A stretch of DNA of 64,000 nt, from the NCBI GenBank assembly GCA_965223155.1, contig CBDCVR010000014.1, positions 576,001 through 640,000 on the forward strand, read 5' to 3'. The notes under the pieces are model-generated. The model saw nothing but the letters and a program-made list of their open reading frames with translations, was not told where the DNA came from and made no database searches. The stretch is from Candidatus Multivoradales bacterium. GTDB lineage: Bacteria; Acidobacteriota; Thermoanaerobaculia; Multivoradales; JAHEKO01. Shown here piece by piece: positions 1-10,091 of the stretch. Numbering within the stretch: the first letter of the stretch is position 1; the number at the start of each line of letters is the position of its first letter. A program made the translations under genes and the position numbers.

Positions 1-1876
<1,876 letters not shown>

Positions 1877-1880
<4 letters not shown>

Positions 1881-2293
1881 TCTCGAATCTCCAGACCGCC
1901 CAGGATCTTCTCGCGTTCGGCCTTGGTCGGCATCGAGCCCAGCGCCTCGGGCGGGACACGGTCCCAGACGGCCTCTTCGAAAAACCGCTCGAGGGCCTCT
2001 CGCCGAGCCGTCCGCGATTGCGGGACGGGCGCCTCCCCGAGAACCGAAGCAGTGGAGTGCCCAACTCGGTACTCGACGCCGTCCTCGGAGATCTCCCCGT
2101 CCGGATCGGCCGAATCGTTCGGCCTGCTTGACGCCGGGCCCGTTCCCCGCCGCGGCAACCCCGGGCGTTCGAGTGGCCCGAGGCGGGCGACCTCCCGGCC
2201 GTGCCGGGTCAAGACGACCCAGCCGCCGCGCTCGGCCAGACGAACGCATTCCGCGAAACGAGCCTTGGCCCGTGCAATCGAAAGTCGCTTCAC
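1877..2293 (-). CDS. Type II antitoxin with a Phd/YefM N-terminal domain and a VapB-like C-terminus; probable GTG start at 2293 (ORF track gives 2302)
   Basis: KRLSIARAKARFAECVRLAERGGWVVLTRHGREVARLGP fits the Phd/YefM fold; C-terminal FFEEAVWDRVPPEALGSMPTKAEREKILG; lies directly upstream of vapC. Confidence 0.88.
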
Positions 2294-2300
2294 GGCACCC

Positions 2301-2329
2301 ATTGTGACCTATCTGGTCAGAAGGGTCAA
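2301..2329 (-). promoter_or_regulatory. Sigma70-type promoter of the toxin-antitoxin operon (TTGACC-17 bp-CACAAT) with operator TGACC-N5-GGTCA (2305-2319) in the spacer
   Basis: Minus strand reads TTGACC CTTCTGACCAGATAGGT CACAAT GGGTGCC GTG. A perfect 5-5-5 inverted repeat lies within the spacer. Confidence 0.75.
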
Positions 2330-2393
2330 AATCGACCCGCGCCGCACCCGCCGCCGAAGTCCCTGCTCGGCCGGGCCGCGCTACACTGAGGCC

Positions 2394-2738
2394 ATCCGGA
2401 TCTCGGACGTCGTGGAGGACATCGGCTACAGCCAGCGGCACGTCCGCAACCTCTTCCGACGCTGGGTGGGGCTCTCGCCCAAGGAGTTCGGGAGCCTGCG
2501 GCGGTTTCAACAAGTTCTGGCGACACTTGCCCGCGAGACCGCGCAGGACGACCCTACGGCCGCTCTCGAACTTCGCGGAGAGCGCCTGAGCGAGCCGAAC
2601 TGGGCCGAGGTTGCCGCCGATCACGGCTACTACGACCAGTCTCACCTGATCCACGACTTTCGGCGCTACGCCGGCATGACGCCCGGCACCTACGCCGAAT
2701 CGTTCCGCGGTCTCGAGAACTATCTGCCCCTGGACTGA
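2394..2738 (+). CDS. AraC-family helix-turn-helix domain only (no sensor domain); start uncertain (in-frame ATC at 2394 or GTG at 2304); may be truncated
   Basis: IRISDVVEDIGYSQRHVRNLFRRWVGLSPKEFGSLRRFQ...WAEVAADHGYYDQSHLIHDFRRYAGMTPGTY is a typical AraC double HTH. The upstream part of ORF 1698..2738 is antisense to the toxin-antitoxin genes. Confidence 0.75.
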   Translation: MRISDVVEDIGYSQRHVRNLFRRWVGLSPKEFGSLRRFQQVLATLARETAQDDPTAALELRGERLSEPNWAEVAADHGYYDQSHLIHDFRRYAGMTPGTYAESFRGLENYLPLD

Positions 2739-2845
2739 GTTCCGTTTTTTCCAAGACGGACGGGTCTGCGACCTTCTAGGCTGCCGCCCGAACCCTGGGC
2801 GGCCAGGCATGCCGGGCCGCTCAACGAAAAGGATCGGAGGCCTTC

Positions 2846-3253
2846 ATGAACATGGATCTCTTCAACATCTGGGCGGTTCTTGCGGCCGCGGTCGTCAACT
2901 TCGTCATCGGCGGCCTGTGGTACTCGCCGGGACTCTTCGGCAAGGTATGGATGCAAGCCAACGGCTTCTCGGAAGACGACCTCAAGAAAGGGTCGCCAGC
3001 GCTCATCTTCGGCGTGTCGTTTCTCTTCTGCCTCGTCATGGCCGCCAACCTCGGGGTCTTCCTGGCCGATGAGAGCACGACGATGGCTTTCGGCGTCTTC
3101 GCCGGCGTCGCCGCCGGGCTGGGGTGGGCAGCGATGGGGGTGGGGGTGGTGGCGCTCTTCGAACGCCGACCCTGGCGTTACCTGCTGGTCAACGGCGGCT
3201 ACCTGACCGTGGCCTTCGCCGCCATGGGCGCTATCCTCGGCGCTTGGAGGTAG
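2846..3253 (+). CDS. DUF1761-family small membrane protein
   Basis: NIWAVLAAAVVNFVIGGLWYSPGLFGKVW...LFERRPWRYLLVNGGY; about four TM helices; GGAGG ribosome-binding site. Confidence 0.85.
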   Translation: MNMDLFNIWAVLAAAVVNFVIGGLWYSPGLFGKVWMQANGFSEDDLKKGSPALIFGVSFLFCLVMAANLGVFLADESTTMAFGVFAGVAAGLGWAAMGVGVVALFERRPWRYLLVNGGYLTVAFAAMGAILGAWR

Positions 3254-3256
3254 GCC

Positions 3257-4279
3257 ATGACGGTAGATCCAAGACTCTGGGCGTCTCTGGTTGTGACCTT
3301 GGCCGCCGGATTCTGCGTCGGCGGCTGCCAGCCGGAACCCCAACGAGCAGGAACGAGGGCGGCGCCCGACAGCTCCCGGGGGGAACCCATGGCGCCGGCC
3401 GCCCGTCCGCAGTTACTCGTCGCCTACAACCTGCTTCACGACGCCGAGGCGGACGACTACGAGGTCTTCGTGATGGAGTTGGACGGTTCCGGCCAGCGCA
3501 ACGTATCGAATGACCCCGGAGTCGACTGGGTCTACTCGGCATGGCGCGACCGGCTCTTGATGGTCACGGACCGCGAGCGAGAGCGACGCAAGTTTGGCCT
3601 CTACCAGCTTCGACTAGACGGTACAAATCCCTCCGCCGTGACCGAGTTCGAAGTTCGGGACTCCTGGGTGGGGGTGGGCTCGGACGGCGAGCTCGTAGTC
3701 GCCTCGGACAAGGACGGAACACCGGACCTCTATCTCATCGACCTTGAGGGAACGCAGATCCGGAGACTCACCGACGACCCCGAGTACGACAACGACCCGG
3801 CCCTTTCTCCCGATGGCGGCCAGGTCGTCTGGCGATCGAGGCGGAGCGGTCTCGACGAGCTGTGGGTGATGGATCTGGCCTCGGGCGTGAGGCGTCAACT
3901 AACCCACTACCCCGATGACGATCCCGCACGCGAGGAATACGGCTACCATGCGGGCCCGCCCCGCTGGGAGGCAAGCCGCAACCTCATCACGTTCTCCTCG
4001 AAACGGGAGGGGTGCCACTCCCTCTACTCGATCCGTCCCGACGGCAGCGGCCTCGAGCGACTGACGGGCGAGCACGACCAGATCTACCACTCGTGGTCGC
4101 CCGACGGCCGGTACCTGGCCTTCGACGGCACCGATGGCGAAGGCAACTACGACATCTATCTGCGGGACATGGAGACGGGCACGACCACGCGTCTGACCGA
4201 CTCACCCAAGATGGAACAGGGACCGGTCTTCGTTCTGCGGCCGGGCGCGCCTGCGGCGATCGGTACAAGCCACCGCTAG
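3257..4279 (+). CDS. TolB-like beta-propeller (PD40 repeats), probable lipoprotein
   Basis: Signal peptide with Cys; repeats DPALSPDGGQVVW and HSWSPDGRYLAF; RRLT/RQLT motifs; GGAGG ribosome-binding site. Confidence 0.85.
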   Translation: MTVDPRLWASLVVTLAAGFCVGGCQPEPQRAGTRAAPDSSRGEPMAPAARPQLLVAYNLLHDAEADDYEVFVMELDGSGQRNVSNDPGVDWVYSAWRDRLLMVTDRERERRKFGLYQLRLDGTNPSAVTEFEVRDSWVGVGSDGELVVASDKDGTPDLYLIDLEGTQIRRLTDDPEYDNDPALSPDGGQVVWRSRRSGLDELWVMDLASGVRRQLTHYPDDDPAREEYGYHAGPPRWEASRNLITFSSKREGCHSLYSIRPDGSGLERLTGEHDQIYHSWSPDGRYLAFDGTDGEGNYDIYLRDMETGTTTRLTDSPKMEQGPVFVLRPGAPAAIGTSHR

Positions 4280-4403
4280 ACCTTCGAGGGAACCCATTGC
4301 CCTTTCACGAACCGGCGGGTTCGCGCCGACCACCAAAAGGCGCCATCCCAGTCCGAACTCGAGCGGTGACGGATTCGGGCGCTCGACACCCCCAAGCCGA
4401 ACA

Positions 4404-6176
4404 CTACTCCTCCACGTTCCTGGCTTGCTCGACCAGGAGTTCAAAGAAGGGATCGTCAAGCCGTTCGGCCGGCAAGTCGATCGCGTTCTGGATGGCCAGC
4501 GCCTCGGCGAGATCCCAAGGCGCGTCCCGCGCCCAGACCGCGACGTCCGTCGATTGGTCCGGCGTCAGCTTGCGATGATGTGTCCGGAAAGCGGCAGGGG
4601 GCGCGTTCAAGAACTCGCCCAAAGCGCGGTGGTACGCATGTCGCGATTCACCGTCGGGCTCCCGTTCGTACAGGACATAGTCGACCGTCATGAGATGGGA
4701 CAGCCGAAGGTGCGGCGCGAGTAAGGACTGCTTGAGCCAGCGCAGGCCGGCGACGTCCGCACCGGCAACTCGATCCCGAGGCAGAGTGGAGACGAGCAGG
4801 ACGGCCGCCTGTTCCATGTCGCGACGCTCCCGATCCTCCTGGATCAGCCGGAGCGCGAATTCGAAGTTCCGTATCCGGGCCTGCGCTTTGGCACCCGGCT
4901 CTCCCCTCCCTACGGCGGGTCCCAAGCCCAGGGCGCGAAATATCCGGTGCGGCCGTTCGGAGCTGGCACGGTAGACCAACAGGAACGTCTCATCGACACC
5001 TGCCTCGGCACCCCATGTGACGTAGGCGTAGTTGAAGCCACCGATGGCGAGACAGCCGACCGTCCCCCACGCGGCCAGCCGCCGGCTCGACAGGCGGCGG
5101 ATCGACAGGGAAATCAAAAGCGCGAGCGCCGCCAAGATCATCGCACCTCGCGCCCAAGCTAGGGTTACCTGGAACGAGAGAACGGCAAACCCAATCAGGA
5201 CGAAGGCGGACAGAAAGACCGGCAGGAGGCTCCGCGAGACCAGGCCGCGCAGGATCGACCAGCCGGCTACGACAGTCATCGGCAGGGAGAGGGTGACGGG
5301 CAAGCTCAGCCAGTACCAAAGAGCCGGCGGTAGGTTCCGATGCCCGAGGGTCACCCGCGGGCGTCCGAGCACCGAAACGAACTCTGCGCTTCCGAGCCAG
5401 TTGCCGAAGTCGAGTACGGCAGATCCCGGTCCCAGATACCACCATAAGACCGGAAACGCGCAGACCAAAGTCGCCGGGCCAAGGCCCCAGGCGGTCAGAG
5501 GCGTCCACCATCGGAACGATTTCTGAGGCTTGGAGCTCGGGCCTTTACTCTGGCCGTTGCGGGCTAGAGCGACGACCACGGGCGCCGCGAGTGTCGGGAG
5601 TCCGAAGACGAAGAGATACGAGGGATGGAGCAAGACTCCGACCGCGTGCGTCGCCACCAGAAACCAGCCTGAGCGGCCCGAGGGTCGGGAAACGAAGCAA
5701 ACGAGCGCCAGTACACCCAGCGCGCTCCAGCAGAACGCTCCGTAGTAGGGACTGTAGGCGCGGGAGAGATGAACCGCGGGCGGAAAGGTCGAAACCAGAG
5801 CGGCAGCGAGCAGCCCGACGCCATGGCCGCCGAATCGCCTGCCGGCAGCATGGATCCCGACAAGGAGAAGGGCCAGGAACGGCAAGTTGACGTAGCGCGC
5901 CGTGGAGTCAGCCTGCTTCCCCATCCAGAGGAAAGGAAGCGTCAGCAATTGGTAGGTGGGAGGCCTGCCGCTCAGGCTGAGTTGCTCAAGCGAGGGGTTC
6001 CCGGCCCGAAGATGCTCGTCGAAGACGACGAGCTCGCTCAAGTAGGCGCGGCTGTTCGGAGCCCGAACGACGTGCTCGGAGGTCTTCACCCACCAGATAT
6101 TGACGAGTGCCTGGCCGACGAAAAGGCCGCAGAGCAACAAAGCTGCGGTGCGGCCGTTCATCGGTTCTTTCCCCAT
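4404..6176 (-). CDS. Polytopic GT-C-fold glycosyltransferase (ArnT/PMT_2-like); start at 6176 or 6161
   Basis: Multiple TM helices; RPPTYQLLTLPF and ARYVNLPF...AGRRFGGHGVGLLAAALVSTFP are typical of PMT_2/GT83-like proteins. Confidence 0.7.
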   Translation of the reverse strand: MGKEPMNGRTAALLLCGLFVGQALVNIWWVKTSEHVVRAPNSRAYLSELVVFDEHLRAGNPSLEQLSLSGRPPTYQLLTLPFLWMGKQADSTARYVNLPFLALLLVGIHAAGRRFGGHGVGLLAAALVSTFPPAVHLSRAYSPYYGAFCWSALGVLALVCFVSRPSGRSGWFLVATHAVGVLLHPSYLFVFGLPTLAAPVVVALARNGQSKGPSSKPQKSFRWWTPLTAWGLGPATLVCAFPVLWWYLGPGSAVLDFGNWLGSAEFVSVLGRPRVTLGHRNLPPALWYWLSLPVTLSLPMTVVAGWSILRGLVSRSLLPVFLSAFVLIGFAVLSFQVTLAWARGAMILAALALLISLSIRRLSSRRLAAWGTVGCLAIGGFNYAYVTWGAEAGVDETFLLVYRASSERPHRIFRALGLGPAVGRGEPGAKAQARIRNFEFALRLIQEDRERRDMEQAAVLLVSTLPRDRVAGADVAGLRWLKQSLLAPHLRLSHLMTVDYVLYEREPDGESRHAYHRALGEFLNAPPAAFRTHHRKLTPDQSTDVAVWARDAPWDLAEALAIQNAIDLPAERLDDPFFELLVEQARNVEE

Positions 6177-6179
6177 CGA

Positions 6180-6191
6180 GATGCTAGCATC
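6180..6191. promoter_or_regulatory. Perfect palindrome GATGCTAGCATC, giving a TAGCAT -10 box on both strands between divergent genes
   Basis: Seen directly in the 31-bp gap between the divergent starts at 6176 and 6208. Confidence 0.5.
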
Positions 6192-6207
6192 CGCGCTTCG
6201 AATCGAG

Positions 6208-7539
6208 ATGTCCAACGCAAGGCGAAGACGGCTCCGTACCTCGGGTGTCGCAGTCGGCGGCGCCGTCATCGCGCTGGCGGTTGGGTTCCTGCTGCAACAG
6301 ATGGCAACGGAGCCTCCGGAGGCCGATCCGGAAGCAGAATTGCGCCGGCTCAGAAGCCTGCCCTACGCCTCCGTCACCACGGCTTCGTCGGAGGCCGAGG
6401 GAGTCGTCATCCATCAAACCGGACGTGCTCAGCCCGGCCTCAACCTCTACTCGTCCCGGGTCGCCAACGAAGTCGTCCTCGAGACCCTGGAAGGACAGGT
6501 GGTGAAGCGATGGTCTTTCCCCGACGACGCCAGGAGGCAGCCCGCGGAGACGAACCAACGAGGACAGGACAAGGGCGTGGTCGTCACGGCCGCGCTCCTG
6601 GCCGACGGCACCCTGGTTGCCGTTCGCCGGCTGACCGACCTGACGAAGTTCGACGCCGACGGCGGAGTGCTCTGGCGGCGAGACCTGCCAGTGCATCACG
6701 AACTCGTAGATCTCGGCGACGGAACGCTGCTGACCTGGTCACGGAGAGTCGTGCCGTATCGGTCGATCGAGGTTATCGACCAGCCTCTGCTGCGGCTTCG
6801 CGCTTCGGATGGAACCGTGCTCGAGCAGTGGAATCCGAGCGACCATCTCGCCGAGCTCCGCAATCTCGTTGGGTCTCACTGGACGTTCGATGCGGCGCTC
6901 GACCGCCTAAACCAAGCGGGTGAACCAGCGGAGAACGAGCGGCGCCGCGGCGCGATCCGGATCAAGAACGACTCTCCGGTAGACCTCTTCCACGCCAATA
7001 CGATCTCGATCTTGCCCAAGAACACGCGCGAAGCCCGAGATCGCCGTTTCGCGGCCGGGGGCCTCCTTCTCTGCTTCCGCAACCTAGATCTACTGGTCAT
7101 CTTGGACTGGGCCACCAAAGAGCTCATCTGGCATTGGGGGCCGGGAGTTCTTTCGCGGCCGCACCATCCCACCTTCCTGGCCAACGGCAACGTCCTGGTC
7201 TTCGACAACGGTGTGGCTAGTAGACGGAGCCGGGTCCTCGAGGTCGACCCGGTCTCGGGTCGAATCCTATGGAGCTACGAAGGTGAATCCTCGGAGCGGC
7301 TTTTCTCGCGGACTATGGGCTGCGCCCAGCGACTTGCCAATGGCAACACCTTGATCTGTGAGTCGAATCGGGGCCGCGTGATCGAGGTCACCCCCGCGGG
7401 TGAGGTCGTCTGGGAGTGGCTGGGCCCGATCGTGTCCTCAGCCCAGGCGCGGAAAGTGCAGAAACAGCTCCGTGACCCCCCCTATCGCGAGATGATCTAT
7501 CGAATGGATCGGCTGCCGGTTTCCGTCGCCGACGGCTGA
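6208..7539 (+). CDS. Arylsulfotransferase (ASST)-family beta-propeller with an N-terminal membrane anchor
   Basis: Motifs VHHEL, DLFHANTISILP, SRPHHPTFLANGNVLVFDNG and GCAQRLANGNTLICES. Start re-called at ATG 6208 (MSNARRRR followed by a TM helix). Confidence 0.85.
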   Translation: MSNARRRRLRTSGVAVGGAVIALAVGFLLQQMATEPPEADPEAELRRLRSLPYASVTTASSEAEGVVIHQTGRAQPGLNLYSSRVANEVVLETLEGQVVKRWSFPDDARRQPAETNQRGQDKGVVVTAALLADGTLVAVRRLTDLTKFDADGGVLWRRDLPVHHELVDLGDGTLLTWSRRVVPYRSIEVIDQPLLRLRASDGTVLEQWNPSDHLAELRNLVGSHWTFDAALDRLNQAGEPAENERRRGAIRIKNDSPVDLFHANTISILPKNTREARDRRFAAGGLLLCFRNLDLLVILDWATKELIWHWGPGVLSRPHHPTFLANGNVLVFDNGVASRRSRVLEVDPVSGRILWSYEGESSERLFSRTMGCAQRLANGNTLICESNRGRVIEVTPAGEVVWEWLGPIVSSAQARKVQKQLRDPPYREMIYRMDRLPVSVADG

Positions 7540-7722
7540 CTCTCTTGAGCGAACGCTGTCCGGCAAGCCAGATCGTCTCACTTGCGTTTGTAGAAAAAGG
7601 CCGCCATCGGCTGAATGGGCAGGGCACGCGGCCCAATCCGCCACAGGCCTGCCGGACGTCGGGCGCGCGCCGAGGAGGTCGGCTACGAGCCGCAACGGCT
7701 TCAGGTACTTGCAACGATCAGG

Positions 7723-8760
7723 CTAGACCTTCGCCGGAACCTTCTCCCAGTCGGACCGGGGCGCGTCCGTGGCGATCGCCAGGCCGCCCTCGGCGCCGAC
7801 GAAGACCGGATCCTCGACCCGGCGCACGGTGCCGCCGCCGTACTCGTCCAGGGTGAGCTCCAACGCCTCGGCCAGGCCGCGGATAAGGGCCGAGCCGCCC
7901 GACAGGATGACGTGGTTTCTCACCTCGGCCTGGTACTCGGGCTCGACCCGCGCCAGAAGCTCGAGCATGGTCTCGGTGATCGGAGGCAGCAGGCTCTCGC
8001 AAGCGGTCCGCATCTCGGTCGTGATGTCCACCTCGGTGGGCTTGCCGTTGAGCGGGACCGTGACCTTGACCGGCTTCTTGGGCTCACCTACGAAGCTGTA
8101 TTTTTCTTTCCACTCGCGCACCATGTGCTCGGAGAACGCCACCTGTGGGTGGGCGGCCGCAACCAGCTTTTCGAGCTGCTCGTCTACCGAGTCGCCCGCC
8201 TGCATCAGGGTGCGCTGATCTTCCTCGGTCGGGAACCGACCCTTCATTACGCAGAAATCTGTGGTGCCGGCGCCGACGTCGATGATAAGCGCGTGCAGGA
8301 GGGCATCGAGACCGTAGGCGACCGCGAACGGCTCGGAGACGATCATCAGCGAATCGACCAGGCCGGCCAAGACGTTGCGTAGCTGCTGCTTGTTGACCCG
8401 CATCGCCTCGGCCGGTACCCCGACCACGGCTCGGACCCCTTCGGGGTTCTTGATGCCCGCGCGCTTCAGAAGGTGGCCGATGATCTCGCGCACCGCGCGC
8501 AGGTCCTTGTCCGAGCCTTCCTTGATGAGGCCGCGCTCGAGGGGACGGTGGAGGTCAAGCATGACGCGGTTCTTGATCGCGTCTTCGCCGATCAGGATCT
8601 TCTTTTTCAAGACCTTGGTGGCGACCATGTCGGCCGGCCAGCCGACGAAGCTATCGACCACGTACTTCTGGTCATCGGACGTGGCGATCGAGCTCCGGGA
8701 CGTTCCGAGGTCGATCCCGACGTAGGTGACGCCACCGGCGCCGGCTTCTTTTGCACACAT
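7723..8760 (-). CDS. mamK: MamK-family actin-like ATPase, 345 aa
   Basis: Actin motifs VGIDLGTSRS, IIDVGAGTTD and ILSGGSALIRGL. MamK-specific stretches recalled from Magnetospirillum MamK are also present: VVGVPAEA, IVSEPFAVAYGLD, P.EEDQ.TL..AG..VDE.L, KE.YSFVG, ACESLLP.I.E, EPEYQA.V and DP.F.G..G. The symbol denotes family membership only. Confidence 0.9.
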   Translation of the reverse strand: MCAKEAGAGGVTYVGIDLGTSRSSIATSDDQKYVVDSFVGWPADMVATKVLKKKILIGEDAIKNRVMLDLHRPLERGLIKEGSDKDLRAVREIIGHLLKRAGIKNPEGVRAVVGVPAEAMRVNKQQLRNVLAGLVDSLMIVSEPFAVAYGLDALLHALIIDVGAGTTDFCVMKGRFPTEEDQRTLMQAGDSVDEQLEKLVAAAHPQVAFSEHMVREWKEKYSFVGEPKKPVKVTVPLNGKPTEVDITTEMRTACESLLPPITETMLELLARVEPEYQAEVRNHVILSGGSALIRGLAEALELTLDEYGGGTVRRVEDPVFVGAEGGLAIATDAPRSDWEKVPAKV

Positions 8761-8775
8761 GGTTGAGTTCCCCTC

Positions 8776-9834
8776 TTACGCGCTCTCGTTGAGTTGGCGA
8801 GCGTAGCTCGAAATGCCCCGGAATAGGGCCTCAGCAATGTACTGCCGATACCCCGGGGTCATCAAGAGTCTGGCTTCGTTGGCATTGGAAAGGCAAGAGA
8901 CTTCGGCGAGGATCGCCGGCATCTCGGTTCCGGTCAGGACAATGAAGGGCGCCTTCTTGACGCCCCGATTCTGCAACCCGGGATTGACCCGGCGTAGCGA
9001 ATTGTAGAGCGCCCGCTGCACCGAGCGGGCAAGCTGACGCGACTCGTCGTTGCGAACCCCGGCATAGACCTGATCCAGGACCCGGCGATAGTCGGCCATC
9101 GAATAGCCGGCGTCCTGGTTCTCGGCGGCCGCCAGCTCGGTCAAGTACGGATCTTCGGTGGGTCCGAGGTAGTAGGTCTCGATGCCCCGCACCTCGCGCG
9201 CTTCGATGTAGTTGAGATGGATCGAGACAAAGAGATCGCCTTCGGTCTCGTTGGCGTACCGGGCGCGGTCTTCGAGGGGCACGAACACATCCCGCTTGCG
9301 AGTCATCGCCACTTCGAAGGACGAGTCCTCGAGCAAGACTGTCAGTCGCTTGGCGATGTCGAGTGCCAGGGTCTTTTCGGCCAGCCCATTGGGACCCTGG
9401 GTGCCGGGGTTCTTGCCGCCGTGGCCTGGATCCAGAACGATTCGCCGCACGCCCAGCGGAAAGACGGCGCGGTCGAGAGCGGCGGGCGTCGCCAGCGGCG
9501 CCTCGGCCGAGCCCGTGCCGGACTCGGGTCCACGCGGCGCCGGCAGGTCCTGCTCAAAGCCGGCAAGGCCACTGGTGAGCTGGACATCGGCGGCTACCCG
9601 CTCGGCGATCTCGGTCGAGCGCAGATCGATCCAACGGTCGGCGACCTCCGAGCCCAGGTAGGACGCGCCGAAGAGCGCCACCGGCAGGGTCAGGAAAAAG
9701 ACGATGCGGGCGAACGTCTGGGCACGCTTGGTCTTGGTCGGCCGGCGAAACCGGTAGCGGCCGGTCATGACGTCCCGGTTCTCCTGCACGGCCTCCCGAA
9801 TCAGGCGGCGCTTCAGTTGGGCCATCTCACTCAT
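8776..9834 (-). CDS. N-acetylmuramoyl-L-alanine amidase (Amidase_3) with a basic cytoplasmic N-terminus and a single TM anchor
   Basis: Zinc/catalytic motifs IVLDPGHGG, EKTLAL, DLFVSIHLN and AILAEVS; TM helix FARIVFFLTLPVALFGASYLG; 15 bp upstream of mamK, with GAGGGG as ribosome-binding site in the gap. Confidence 0.93.
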   Translation of the reverse strand: MSEMAQLKRRLIREAVQENRDVMTGRYRFRRPTKTKRAQTFARIVFFLTLPVALFGASYLGSEVADRWIDLRSTEIAERVAADVQLTSGLAGFEQDLPAPRGPESGTGSAEAPLATPAALDRAVFPLGVRRIVLDPGHGGKNPGTQGPNGLAEKTLALDIAKRLTVLLEDSSFEVAMTRKRDVFVPLEDRARYANETEGDLFVSIHLNYIEAREVRGIETYYLGPTEDPYLTELAAAENQDAGYSMADYRRVLDQVYAGVRNDESRQLARSVQRALYNSLRRVNPGLQNRGVKKAPFIVLTGTEMPAILAEVSCLSNANEARLLMTPGYRQYIAEALFRGISSYARQLNESA

Positions 9835-10023
9835 GACGCACGGCTTGACTCTACGCGAGGACGATCTTGTACCCAGTGAAGCGTTGCACTTCCAGCCGCA
9901 ACGCGGGGCACCGCGCCCACGGCTCTGAAGATGGTATTACAAGACGTCGATACGTTGGTGGCGAGGCCGCGCAACCGGTGGGACCAAGGCGATCCGCGGC
10001 CTCGGGATCCGGATCTGCGGCCC

Positions 10024-10066
10024 GGCCAGGATCCGGCCGGGATCCAGCCAAGATCCAGTAGGATCG
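10024..10066. repeat. Degenerate 11-bp direct repeats with a GATC core (GGCCAGGATCC, GGCCGGGATCC, AGCCAAGATCC, AGTAGGATC)
   Basis: Read directly from the intergenic region between the amidase-mamK operon and the M24 peptidase. Confidence 0.7.
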
Positions 10067-10091
10067 GCCGGCACGACCGAAGGAGGACTCG

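Noticed and set aside
7723-10066. ParMRC-type partition system (actin plus nearby repeats)
   Set aside because: There is no small ParR-like DNA-binding gene, the context is chromosomal housekeeping, and the actin looks like MamK rather than ParM.
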